Positions 1 through 9,488 of a stretch of DNA of 22,000 nt are shown in pieces (the stretch's first letter is position 1; every line of letters begins with the position of its first letter). Origin of the DNA: Myxococcota bacterium (GTDB lineage Bacteria > Myxococcota_A > UBA9160 > UBA4427); assembly GCA_036336835.1 (NCBI GenBank), contig JAYZFK010000061.1:1-22000 (forward strand), written 5' to 3'. The position numbers and the translations under genes are program-made. The notes under the pieces were generated by a model. That model did not search any database. It had not been told where the DNA came from and saw only the letters and a list, made by a program, of their open reading frames with translations.

Positions 1-383
1 CACCGGGGCGCCCGGCTCGCGCGGGTGGGCGCGGCCGCGCGGGGCCCGAGTTGGGGTGCGCGGGCCGCTGGCGGGCGTGGGCGGGGTGTATTAACCGGTC
101 CGCGGAGCCGTGTCGGCTCCCGCGCAGGGACATTGACGATCTCTAAAGTCCCGAACTCAAAAAGGAAAACACTGACTCGCACAGGAACTCTATACTCGAC
201 GGTCGACCGTTGGCAGCGATCTGACCGGGCCCCGTGCAGCACCCCGCCGCAGGTCCAAGCCCAGTGATCTCTCGGGGGAAGGAGCATGCAACGTCGAGCC
301 CTCGGACGAGCCCGATCAGAACAGATTGCCTTCCCGTGCCGCGGTTCAGTCAAACCGCTTGAAAGCTATTGGGACCAAAGCTG

Positions 384-1838
384 ATGGATCCTCGTTCCCA
401 CGTCAACCCGGACCCTCGCCGCGAGCTGCCGAGCGTGGATTCCCTGGCACGCCAACTCGCCGACAGTTGGACGGAAATCCCGGTCTGGGCAGCGCGTGTC
501 GGGGCCCGGGGTGCGATCGCCGAGGCGCGCAGACAGCTGGTCGAAGGTGTTCCCCTCGGGAATGTCCGGGAAGTTCGCGAGGGGGTCGAGCGGCGCGCCC
601 GGGCCCTGGCGCTGCGCCTGATCGGGCCGCAGCCGCGCCGCGTCGTCAATGCCACCGGCATCGTCGTTCACACCAACCTCGGGCGCGCGCCGCTCGGGCG
701 CGCAGCCGCTGCCGCCGTTGCCGAGGCAGCGATGGGCTACGGCGATCTCGAGCTCGACCTCGAGACCGGCCGCCGCGGCGATCGCCTCGGCACGCTGTGC
801 GACAAGCTCTCGCTGCTGGCGGGCGCCGAGGCTGCCTATGCCTGCAACAACAACGCGGCGGCGGTGCTGCTTGCACTCGACACGCTGGCGCGAGGCCGCG
901 AGGTCATCGTGTCCCGCGGCGAACTGGTCGAGATCGGCGGCTCGTTCCGGGTGCCGGAGGTGATCGAGCGCGCGGGCGTTCGCCTGGTCGAGGTCGGCAG
1001 CACCAACCGAACTCATCTGCGCGACTACGAACGCGCCATCGGTCCCGATACTGCTCTGCTGCTCAAGGTGCACCGGAGCAACTTCGAGCAGACGGGCTTC
1101 GTCGCCGAGGTCGACCTGCCGGATCTGGTCGAGCTGGGGCGCCAGCGCGGCGTCGCCGTCGTCGAGGATCTCGGCAGCGGCACCCTGGTCGATCTACGCG
1201 CCCGAGGGCTCGAAGGTCTTCCCGCCGAAGCCTTCGCGCCTGCCCGGGTCGCGACCGGGGCCGATCTTGTCTGCTTCTCGGGCGACAAGCTGCTGGGAGG
1301 CCCCCAGGCGGGTCTGCTGACGGGCAGGGCCCCGGCCGTCGAAGCCCTCCGAGCGAACCCACTGGCCCGAGCCCTGCGACTCGACAAGCTGGGAATCGCT
1401 GCCCTGGGGGCGACGCTGAACTGCCTGCTCGACGACCGTCTCGAGGACATCCCCGTCCTCCAGCAGCTGCTCCTGCCGCTGGCCGAGATCGAAGTCCGGG
1501 CGAGGAGCCTGGCAAGAGCGTGCGACGAGCTGGCGGGCGGAGCCCTGGAGGTCACCGTGGAGCCGCAGCGCGCCCCCGTAGGCGGAGGCACCCTGCCCGG
1601 GTTCGAGCTGGAAACTCGAGTCGTCGTCCTCAGAGGCCCCGGAGCGAGCCAGCTCGCCGAATCCCTGCGCAGGGCCTCCCGGCCCGTGATCGCACGGGTC
1701 CAGGATCAGGCCCTCCTGCTCGACCCCAGAACCCTGCTCGAGGACGACGCGGAAGCGCTCCTGGAGGCCCTCGAGAGGGCTCTCCGCCCCCAGAATCCGA
1801 ATCGCACCGCAACGCCCGGTGCGCGCGGCAGGAGCTGA
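384..1838 (+). CDS. selA: L-seryl-tRNA(Sec) selenium transferase (selenocysteine synthase)
   Basis: Motifs VVNATGIVVHTNLGRAPL, NNNAAAVLL, SRGELVEIGGSFRVPEV, EVGSTNRTH, KVHRSNF, EDLGSG and the PLP-lysine motif FSGDKLLGGPQAG. ATG 384 preferred over TTG 369. Confidence 0.96.
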   Translation: MDPRSHVNPDPRRELPSVDSLARQLADSWTEIPVWAARVGARGAIAEARRQLVEGVPLGNVREVREGVERRARALALRLIGPQPRRVVNATGIVVHTNLGRAPLGRAAAAAVAEAAMGYGDLELDLETGRRGDRLGTLCDKLSLLAGAEAAYACNNNAAAVLLALDTLARGREVIVSRGELVEIGGSFRVPEVIERAGVRLVEVGSTNRTHLRDYERAIGPDTALLLKVHRSNFEQTGFVAEVDLPDLVELGRQRGVAVVEDLGSGTLVDLRARGLEGLPAEAFAPARVATGADLVCFSGDKLLGGPQAGLLTGRAPAVEALRANPLARALRLDKLGIAALGATLNCLLDDRLEDIPVLQQLLLPLAEIEVRARSLARACDELAGGALEVTVEPQRAPVGGGTLPGFELETRVVVLRGPGASQLAESLRRASRPVIARVQDQALLLDPRTLLEDDAEALLEALERALRPQNPNRTATPGARGRS

Positions 1839-1993
1839 GGCGAAATGATGCGCGGCGGGCGCCGATCCACCCAGCAACCGCGCTTCCCCGTGGACCAGCG
1901 CCCCGTCCGCCCAGAATGCGCGAGCGATTCGCCGCAGCTGTGTTCGGCTGGGCCGCTGCGATCGTCCGCGCTAGGTTCAAGCGCCCGTAAACC

Positions 1994-2614
1994 ATGCTGA
2001 ATTCGAACGTTCTGGTCCTGAATCGCTCTTTCCTGCCGATCCACGTTACCTCGGTGAGGCGGGCCTTCTCGCTCGTGTATTCGGGTACCGCCAATGTGGT
2101 GGACGAGCAATACCAGATGTTCGACTTCGCCGACTGGGCCGCGCGGCCCGTCGAGGAGTCGGTCGAGCAGATCGGAACCACGAGTGGCTCGCTCCGGGTA
2201 CCAAGAGTGATCGTGCTCAGCCTGTTCGATCGCTTCCCGCGACGTCACGTCCGCTACAGCCGGGCCAACATCTTCACCCGGGACGAGTTCACCTGCCAGT
2301 ACTGCGGCGACCACCCGCCGCGCTCACAGCTCAATCTCGATCACGTGATCCCGCGCGCCCAGGGCGGTCGGACCTCGTGGGAGAACGTGGTGGCGAGCTG
2401 CGTCAACTGCAATCGCCGCAAGGGCGGCCGCACGCCCGAGCAGGCGAAGCTACGCTTGCGTCGCCGGCCCGAACGGCCGCGTTGGACACCGCTGCTAGGC
2501 GCGGCTCCGCAGGGTCCGCGTTACCGAGAATGGCAGCCCTTTCTAGGGCACCACGGGAGCAGCCGAAAGGCCCGCTCTCGGGAGGCGGCGGGCGAGGCGA
2601 ACTGCGCGCACTAG
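1994..2614 (+). CDS. HNH endonuclease (McrA-like, Zn-binding)
   Basis: N-terminal VLVLNRSFLP, SRANIFTRDEFTCQYCG, LDHVIPRAQGGRTSWENVVASCVNCNRRKG (H-N-N catalytic set and two CxxC pairs). Confidence 0.92.
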   Translation: MLNSNVLVLNRSFLPIHVTSVRRAFSLVYSGTANVVDEQYQMFDFADWAARPVEESVEQIGTTSGSLRVPRVIVLSLFDRFPRRHVRYSRANIFTRDEFTCQYCGDHPPRSQLNLDHVIPRAQGGRTSWENVVASCVNCNRRKGGRTPEQAKLRLRRRPERPRWTPLLGAAPQGPRYREWQPFLGHHGSSRKARSREAAGEANCAH

Positions 2615-2653
2615 TCGATCGATGCGGCGCGGTTCGGGGCCAAGGGGGGTGCC

Positions 2654-3673
2654 GTGGAACCGACGATCCAAACACGAAGCCCTGTCCGGGGCACTGGGCA
2701 GGCTGCATCAGCTCGTGCCCGACCGACGGCGGCCCGCGTCATCTCCGTGGGGGGTGGCAAGGGAGGCGTCGGCAAGACCTTCCTCGCCGCCAATCTCGCT
2801 GTCGCCTTGGCGCGGCTGGGGATGCGCGTGGTGGCGGTCGACGTCGATCTCGAAGGCGCGAACCTTCACACCTGTCTCGGTGTCGAGGCTCCGCGCGTCA
2901 GTCTCGCCGACTTCGTGGCGCAACGCGAAGACGATCTCGGCAAGCTGATGGTGAAGACGCCCATCGACCGTCTCCACATCATCGCCGGTACCCAGGCGAA
3001 TCTGGCGGGGGCACAGCCGTCTCATCTGCGCCGCATCCGACTCGTGCGCTCGTTGCGCAAGCTCGATGCGGACTACGTGATCGTCGATCTCGGGGCTGGA
3101 ATGCATCTGTCGGTGCTCGACTATTTCCTGGTTGGCGACGACGGACTCGTCGTGCTCCGCCCGGAGCCAACCTCGGTCGAGAACGCGTACACGTTCCTAC
3201 GCGCTGCCTTCTATCGCCGGCTGCGCCTTGCTGTGGTCGGCCACGGCGTGCGTCAGCTCGTGACGCAGGCGATGGACCAGCGCAACGAGAAGGGCATCCG
3301 AACCCCGCTCGATCTGCTGAACGAGATCCAGGCCCTCGATCCGGTCGAGGGTGCGCGCTTCGTCGGAACCATGCGCGAATTCAAACCGAAGCTCGTCGTG
3401 AACGAGGTGCGAACGGCCGAAGACGTAAAGCTCGGGTTCTCGATGAGCTCGGTGTGCAAGAAGTACTTTGGCTTCGAGCCCGAGTACCTCGGCTATGTGA
3501 ACTACGACGACATCGCGCGTCGCTCCGTAGGGCTTCGCCGGCCGGTGGTCGACCTGAGTGAGCAGGCCGATGCCTCGATTTATCTCCAACGCATCGCGCG
3601 CAAACTGCTCGCCGTCGGCGAAAGCGAGCAACGAGCGGCTGACCCCACGGGCCGGGGAGGGACGCCAGAGTGA
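2654..3673 (+). CDS. MinD/FlhG(FleN)-like P-loop ATPase (ParA/MinD superfamily)
   Basis: Deviant Walker A GGGKGGVGKT, VDVDLEGANL, DYVIVDLGAG and PEPTSVENAY. Start codon (GTG 2654) is uncertain. Confidence 0.88.
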   Translation: MEPTIQTRSPVRGTGQAASARARPTAARVISVGGGKGGVGKTFLAANLAVALARLGMRVVAVDVDLEGANLHTCLGVEAPRVSLADFVAQREDDLGKLMVKTPIDRLHIIAGTQANLAGAQPSHLRRIRLVRSLRKLDADYVIVDLGAGMHLSVLDYFLVGDDGLVVLRPEPTSVENAYTFLRAAFYRRLRLAVVGHGVRQLVTQAMDQRNEKGIRTPLDLLNEIQALDPVEGARFVGTMREFKPKLVVNEVRTAEDVKLGFSMSSVCKKYFGFEPEYLGYVNYDDIARRSVGLRRPVVDLSEQADASIYLQRIARKLLAVGESEQRAADPTGRGGTPE

Positions 3674-4308
3674 TGAAGCCGATCGAAGAGCAGAACCATT
3701 ACGAGATCCTGGAGCTTCCGTCTAACGCGAGGCTCGAGGATATCCAGCGCGCCTACCCCCTGGTGCGTGCAGCGTACGAAGACGAATCGCTCGCGATCTA
3801 CTCGGTGTTCGGGCGCGACGAATCGGAGATGATCCGGCAACGAGTCGACGCTGCATATCGCGTGCTCATCGATGGCGAGGCCCGACGCCGCTACGACGAG
3901 CAAATCGGTCTGGCACCCGGCGTCTACACGGCGCAGGAAACCGCGGTCGCGGTCGACAGCGAGCCTTCGGAGCCCGTGGTCGGAATCGCGCGTGCCCTCC
4001 GCGAGATCGACGAGGACGAGGGCAGCGGCGACTGGGACGGAGCAAAGCTGCGGCGCGCGCGCATGCATCGGGGGATCGAGCTCGAACGGATCTCCGAGAT
4101 CACGAGGATCAACCTCACCTACCTGCGTGCGATCGAAGAGAACGCGCACCGCGAGCTCCCGGCCCCGGTGTACACGCGCGGCTTCGTCACCGCCTATGCG
4201 CGCACGATCGCGGTCGACCCGCATCGGGTCGCTGAGAGCTATATGACGAAGTTCGAGGAGGTGCGCAGCGACCGACGGCGCAAACGGCTCCTCTCCAGTC
4301 GGCGGTGA
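3673..4308 (+). CDS. DnaJ-like N-terminal domain (no HPD) fused to a RodZ-type helix-turn-helix
   Basis: N-terminal NHYEILEL...EDIQRAY...VDAAYRVLIDGEARRRYD resembles J-domain helices. C-terminal GAKLRRARMHRGIELERISEITRINLTYLRAIEE...LPAPVYTRGFVTAYAR is the RodZ/YmfM HTH pattern. ATG overlaps the upstream TGA (TGATG). Confidence 0.82.
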   Translation: MKPIEEQNHYEILELPSNARLEDIQRAYPLVRAAYEDESLAIYSVFGRDESEMIRQRVDAAYRVLIDGEARRRYDEQIGLAPGVYTAQETAVAVDSEPSEPVVGIARALREIDEDEGSGDWDGAKLRRARMHRGIELERISEITRINLTYLRAIEENAHRELPAPVYTRGFVTAYARTIAVDPHRVAESYMTKFEEVRSDRRRKRLLSSRR

Positions 4309-5267
4309 GCTCGCAGCCCTCGCTTGTCTTCGTGGTCGGCGAGGAGGAGGCGGGCGAGCGCGTGGACGTGGTGCTGGCTGCGCGGGCGCAAGTCTCGCGA
4401 GCCCAGGCGAAGCGCTGGGTCGAGGCCGGCCGCGTCCAGGTAGACGCGCGCGCGATCCAACGTGCGAGCCGCAAGCTCGCCCTCGGCGAGCTGCTCGGCG
4501 CGGAGCCACCCCACCCAGTCGAGGCCGCGGCGCAGCCCGAAGCGATTCCTCTGTCCGTCGTGTTCGAGGACGACGACGTGGTGGTGGTCGACAAGCCCGC
4601 GGGCCTGGTCGTGCACCCGGCACCGGGGCATCCACGGGGAACCCTCGTGAACGCCCTGCTTCATCACTGCAGCTCACTGGCAGGAATCGGGGGGGTGATA
4701 CGCCCGGGCATCGTGCATCGTCTCGATCGCGGAACGTCCGGCATTCTGGTCGTCGCCAAGAACGATTCCGCACATCACTCTCTCTCCGAGCAATTTCGCG
4801 ATCACTCGATCGACCGGCGATACCGCGCGATCGTGCGCGGCACCCCGCGCTCCGATGCGGGTCGTATCGATGCGCCGATCGGGCGCCATCCGCGCGATCG
4901 CAAGCGGATGAGCACGATGACCCGCTCCGGTCGTGAGGCCCGTACCGGATGGCAGGTCGCCGAGCGGTTCGCACGCAGCGATCGGGCGCTAGTCCGGGTG
5001 AGGCCCGAGACCGGGCGTACTCATCAGATCCGGGTACACCTTGCGAGCGCCGGGCTGCCGATCGTCGGGGATTCGGTCTACGGTAGGGGAGGCGGTACGG
5101 CGCGTGAGCGAAGGCTCGGCCGGCCAGCGCTCCACGCCGGTGTGCTGGGGTTTACTCATCCCCGCAGCGGTGAGCGGCTGCAATTCGAAGTGGCACTGCC
5201 AGCAGATCTCGCGGAGCTACTCGAGCACTATCGCGTGCGCGAGGATTCGTCGTCAGCGCCAGCTTGA
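4305..5267 (+). CDS. rluD: RluA-family (RluD-type) 23S rRNA pseudouridine synthase with S4 domain
   Basis: S4-like ERVDVVLA...SRAQAKRWVEAGRVQVD, VDKPAGLVVHPAPGH, catalytic RPGIVHRLDRGTSG, ETGRTHQIRVH, GDSVYG. GTGA overlap with the upstream gene. Confidence 0.92.
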   Translation: MSSQPSLVFVVGEEEAGERVDVVLAARAQVSRAQAKRWVEAGRVQVDARAIQRASRKLALGELLGAEPPHPVEAAAQPEAIPLSVVFEDDDVVVVDKPAGLVVHPAPGHPRGTLVNALLHHCSSLAGIGGVIRPGIVHRLDRGTSGILVVAKNDSAHHSLSEQFRDHSIDRRYRAIVRGTPRSDAGRIDAPIGRHPRDRKRMSTMTRSGREARTGWQVAERFARSDRALVRVRPETGRTHQIRVHLASAGLPIVGDSVYGRGGGTARERRLGRPALHAGVLGFTHPRSGERLQFEVALPADLAELLEHYRVREDSSSAPA

Positions 5268-5305
5268 TCCGGCATCGGAGGGCTGTACGAGTCCGAGGGC
5301 CGTGC

Positions 5306-5334
5306 TTGACAGCATCACGCCCGGCCTATAGTCT
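5306..5334 (+). promoter_or_regulatory. sigma70-type promoter upstream of rho
   Basis: TTGACA (5306-5311), 17-bp spacer, TAGTCT (5329-5334), in the rluD-rho intergenic region. Confidence 0.7.
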
Positions 5335-5492
5335 GTTGAAACCGTTTCCAAACGGCCTCCCGCCAGATTACGAGACTCTCGATAGTGCCAGAGGGCACCA
5401 TCTTTGGACTTGAGGCTCGACTCGGCGCGGGTCGTCCCTATCACGGATGCAACAGGCGTCGAGATCGATCGCGGCGTGCCAGCGTGCCAACA

Positions 5493-5525
5493 AAAACGGT
5501 CAATTTTCAGAAAACGGTCAATTTT
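5493..5525. repeat. Tandem direct repeat AAAACGGTCAATTTT x2 (18-bp period)
   Basis: Identical 15-mers at 5493-5507 and 5511-5525, AT-rich against a GC-rich background. Confidence 0.9.
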
Positions 5526-5676
5526 TCCAGGAAGAGTTCCGAATCTCAAGGAAGCCAAATTCTATCCTGATCGACCCCGGTCGGTTCCGCGGCTCCCGCC
5601 GCATTCCTTCCAACGGCGCGTTCTCCAAGCGCGCGGCCTCGCTCTGGACTGGCCCTTCGCACCGAGATCTGTGCGG

Positions 5677-5727
5677 CTCCCCACTCTTTCCCACACACCC
5701 TGAACGAGTCACCTCACAACCACACAC
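5677..5727 (+). promoter_or_regulatory. C-rich/G-poor tract, candidate rut site for Rho autoregulation
   Basis: By hand count 26 C and 3 G in 51 nt, with repeated CAC/CTC units, just upstream of the rho start. Confidence 0.5.
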
Positions 5728-5739
5728 GAAGGTCACCCT

Positions 5740-7170
5740 GTGAGTACAGCACGAACGGAAACCGGCGGGAATTCGAATGGCGGAGGACGCAGCCGCCGAG
5801 GTCGTGGTCGACGCTCGCGAAGCGCGCGCGGCAACGGAGCCGGTAAGCGCGACTACTTGCCCAGCGACGACGAGCTCGAAGAGGAGGCCGCCGCGGAAGA
5901 CGGTGAAGACAACGGTCTCCGTATCGATGTCAGCGAGCTCAAGGCCAAGGCAATGCAGGAGCTCACCGCCTTCGCCGAGGAAATGCAGGTCGAGAACGCG
6001 GCTGGAATGCGCAAGCAGGATCTGCTGTTCGCGATTCTCAAGACGCAGACCGAGCAGAGGGGCAAGATCTTCGCCGATGGCGTGCTCGAGATCCTGCAGG
6101 ACGGCTTCGGCTTCCTGCGCGCTCCCGACCAGAACTACCTCGCAGGTCCGGACGATATCTACGTATCGCCGTCTCAGATCCGACGCTTCAACCTGAGAAC
6201 GGGTGACTCTGTGCGCGGGCAGATCCGGTCGCCGAAGGAGGGCGAACGCTACTTCGCACTGCTCAGGGTCGAGACGATCAACTTCGAGGAACCGGCCAAG
6301 GCGCGCCACAAGATCCTGTTCGACAACCTCACGCCGCTGTACCCGCTGGATCGCTTCAACCTCTCGGCCAAGAGTGGTGGGATGACCACCCGGATCATCG
6401 ATCTGGTGGCGCCAATCGGGAAGGGCCAGCGAGCCCTGATCACGTCGCCGCCCAAGGCTGGCAAGACGATGATCCTGAAGGACGTCGCCAACGCGATCGC
6501 CGAGGGGAACCCGGAGTCGTACCTGATCGTTCTGCTGATCGATGAGCGCCCCGAAGAAGTGACCGACATGCGACGCACGGTGGCTGCCGAGGTGATCTCA
6601 TCGACCTTCGACGAGCCGGCTACGCGTCACGTCCAGGTCGCCGACATGGTGATCGAGAAGGCGAAGCGCCTGGTCGAGCACGGCCGCGACGTCGTGATCC
6701 TGCTCGACTCGATCACGCGCCTGGCGCGTGCCCACAATACGGTCGTGCCACACTCGGGCAAGATCCTCTCGGGCGGTGTCGACTCCAACGCGCTGCACAA
6801 GCCGAAGCGCTTCTTTGGCGCGGCGCGCAATGTCGAGGAGGGCGGCAGCCTGACGATCATCGGTACCGCGCTGATCGACACCGGCTCGCGCATGGACGAG
6901 GTGATCTTCGAGGAGTTCAAGGGCACCGGAAACTCGGAGATCGTGCTCGACCGCAAGCTGGCGGATCGCCGGACCTACCCGGCGATGGACATCAACCGCT
7001 CGTCTACGCGCCGGGAAGAGCTGTTGATGGACGAGAACACGCTCAACCGGATGTACATCCTGCGCAAGGTGCTCTCGCCGCTCTCGCCGGTTGACTCGAT
7101 GGAGTTCCTGCTCGGCAAGATCAAGCTCACCGAGTCCAACGAGGAGTTTCTCGACTCGATGAACTCCTGA
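5740..7170 (+). CDS. rho: Transcription termination factor Rho with N-terminal low-complexity extension
   Basis: [85 protein letters not shown]. Confidence 0.98.
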   Translation: MSTARTETGGNSNGGGRSRRGRGRRSRSARGNGAGKRDYLPSDDELEEEAAAEDGEDNGLRIDVSELKAKAMQELTAFAEEMQVENAAGMRKQDLLFAILKTQTEQRGKIFADGVLEILQDGFGFLRAPDQNYLAGPDDIYVSPSQIRRFNLRTGDSVRGQIRSPKEGERYFALLRVETINFEEPAKARHKILFDNLTPLYPLDRFNLSAKSGGMTTRIIDLVAPIGKGQRALITSPPKAGKTMILKDVANAIAEGNPESYLIVLLIDERPEEVTDMRRTVAAEVISSTFDEPATRHVQVADMVIEKAKRLVEHGRDVVILLDSITRLARAHNTVVPHSGKILSGGVDSNALHKPKRFFGAARNVEEGGSLTIIGTALIDTGSRMDEVIFEEFKGTGNSEIVLDRKLADRRTYPAMDINRSSTRREELLMDENTLNRMYILRKVLSPLSPVDSMEFLLGKIKLTESNEEFLDSMNS

Positions 7171-7452
7171 GTCCGGCGGACCGTCGGACGATCTCTCGAG
7201 GTCCGGGCGGTTTCCCGCCTGGTCGCTCGCCGCCCGGGTGCGGATCCGGTAGCCTTCGCGTGTCATGGCGAAGCGGCTGAAGACAACTCATTCGCACTCG
7301 GATGTACTCGAGGTTGACCGGCACCCCGTCGGCGACTCGTAGCTGTCCTTCGTCCGGGGCCCGCGCTCGGCCCTCTCGTTCGTACCCCCGCCCCGAAACT
7401 GCTCACTTCGCACAGTGCGCGCGCTGCGCGCATCGCATTATCGAGAACCGAC

Positions 7453-8543
<1,091 letters not shown>

Positions 8544-8547
<4 letters not shown>

Positions 8548-9452
8548 GCGGCCTCACCACACCGCCGCCGGCCGCGCCCGTTGCACGCGATGACCAGCGC
8601 CGCTGGACGGTGCTCGAGCTGCTGCGCTGGACGACGGAGCACTTCGCAGGCAAGGGGATCGAGACGGCTCGGCTCGATGCAGAGATCCTGCTCGCGCACG
8701 TGCTCGGCACTGGCCGGATGCAGCTCTACGTCGACTTCGAGAAGCCGGTGGAGGCGGACGAGCGGGCGAGCTTCCGCGAGCTCGTGCGGCGGCGCGGCGG
8801 CGACCGCATCCCGGTTTCGCAGCTGCTCGGCCGCAAGGAGTTCTGGTCGCTGAGCTTGCAGGTGACGAGCGACGTGCTCACCCCACGTCCCGATAGCGAG
8901 ACCCTGGTCCAGGGCGCCCTCGACCGGATGGCCGAACCCGCGAAGGCCTGGCGGGTGTCCGACATCGGGACAGGATCGGGGGCAATTGCCCTCGCTATCG
9001 CGACAGAGAGGCCGAACACCCACGTGATCGCTACTGACATTTCCGAGGCAGCGCTCAAGGTTGCGGCCTCAAATGCCGAAGCCTTGCAGTTGACTGAGCG
9101 GGTTCGATTCGTGCAGGGGAGCCTGTTCGAGCCGCTCGACGGGGAAGAGCCGTTCGACCTCGTCGTGTCCAACCCGCCCTATCTCGCCCGGGCGGACGCA
9201 GGGTCGCTTCCGCCGGAGCTTCGGCACGAGCCCGACGAGGCATTGTTTGGAGGCGAGGATGGGTTCGAGGTGCTGCGACCGCTGGTGGCCGGAGCACGAG
9301 AGGTATTGACGCCGGGCGGCTCCCTGCTGGTCGAGATCGACCCCGAGCAGGCAGATGCGGTGGCGGTGCAGTGTCGTGATGCCGGGCTCGGCGAGGTGGC
9401 TTTCCTACGCGACCTTGCCGGGCGGATTCGGGTGATCGCGGCGCGTGCGTGA
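8544..9452 (+). CDS. prmC: Release factor glutamine methyltransferase (HemK)
   Basis: [34 protein letters not shown] and SNPPY. Overlaps the prfA stop. Confidence 0.95.
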
Positions 9453-9488
9453 GAGCGCGGCAAGCAACCGCGCGTGGAGGAGCAGGTG

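Noticed and set aside
326..1990. 554-aa alternative-frame ORF over selA, and the many other long overlapping or antisense ORFs (e.g. 3580-4974, 16175-17560, 19335-20510, 20637-21842)
   Set aside because: They are Arg/Gly/Pro-rich or antisense shadows with no recognisable motifs, as expected from high-GC codon bias over real genes.
1..1993. tRNA-Sec (selC) near selA
   Set aside because: No UCA-anticodon cloverleaf or T-loop found by eye in the flanking intergenic regions.
1994..2614. HNH gene as a mobile homing endonuclease or defence island
   Set aside because: No intron, flanking repeats, methyltransferase or obvious compositional shift, and it sits co-oriented among housekeeping genes.
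5474..5490. sigma54 promoter on the - strand (TGGCACG twice, with a similar CGGCACG near 326-342)
   Set aside because: The -12 TTGC element is missing at the required spacing.
5493..5530. CRISPR array or replication-origin iterons
   Set aside because: Only two 15-bp copies separated by 3 nt, with no spacers, cas genes or DnaA boxes seen.
5385..5743. Small + strand ORFs in the rho leader (61, 99 and 98 aa)
   Set aside because: Three overlapping frames with no recognisable domain and atypical composition, more consistent with a non-coding leader.
7265..7342. 25-codon [28 protein letters not shown] as an rpmE remnant or leader peptide
   Set aside because: No L31 motifs and no clear RBS.
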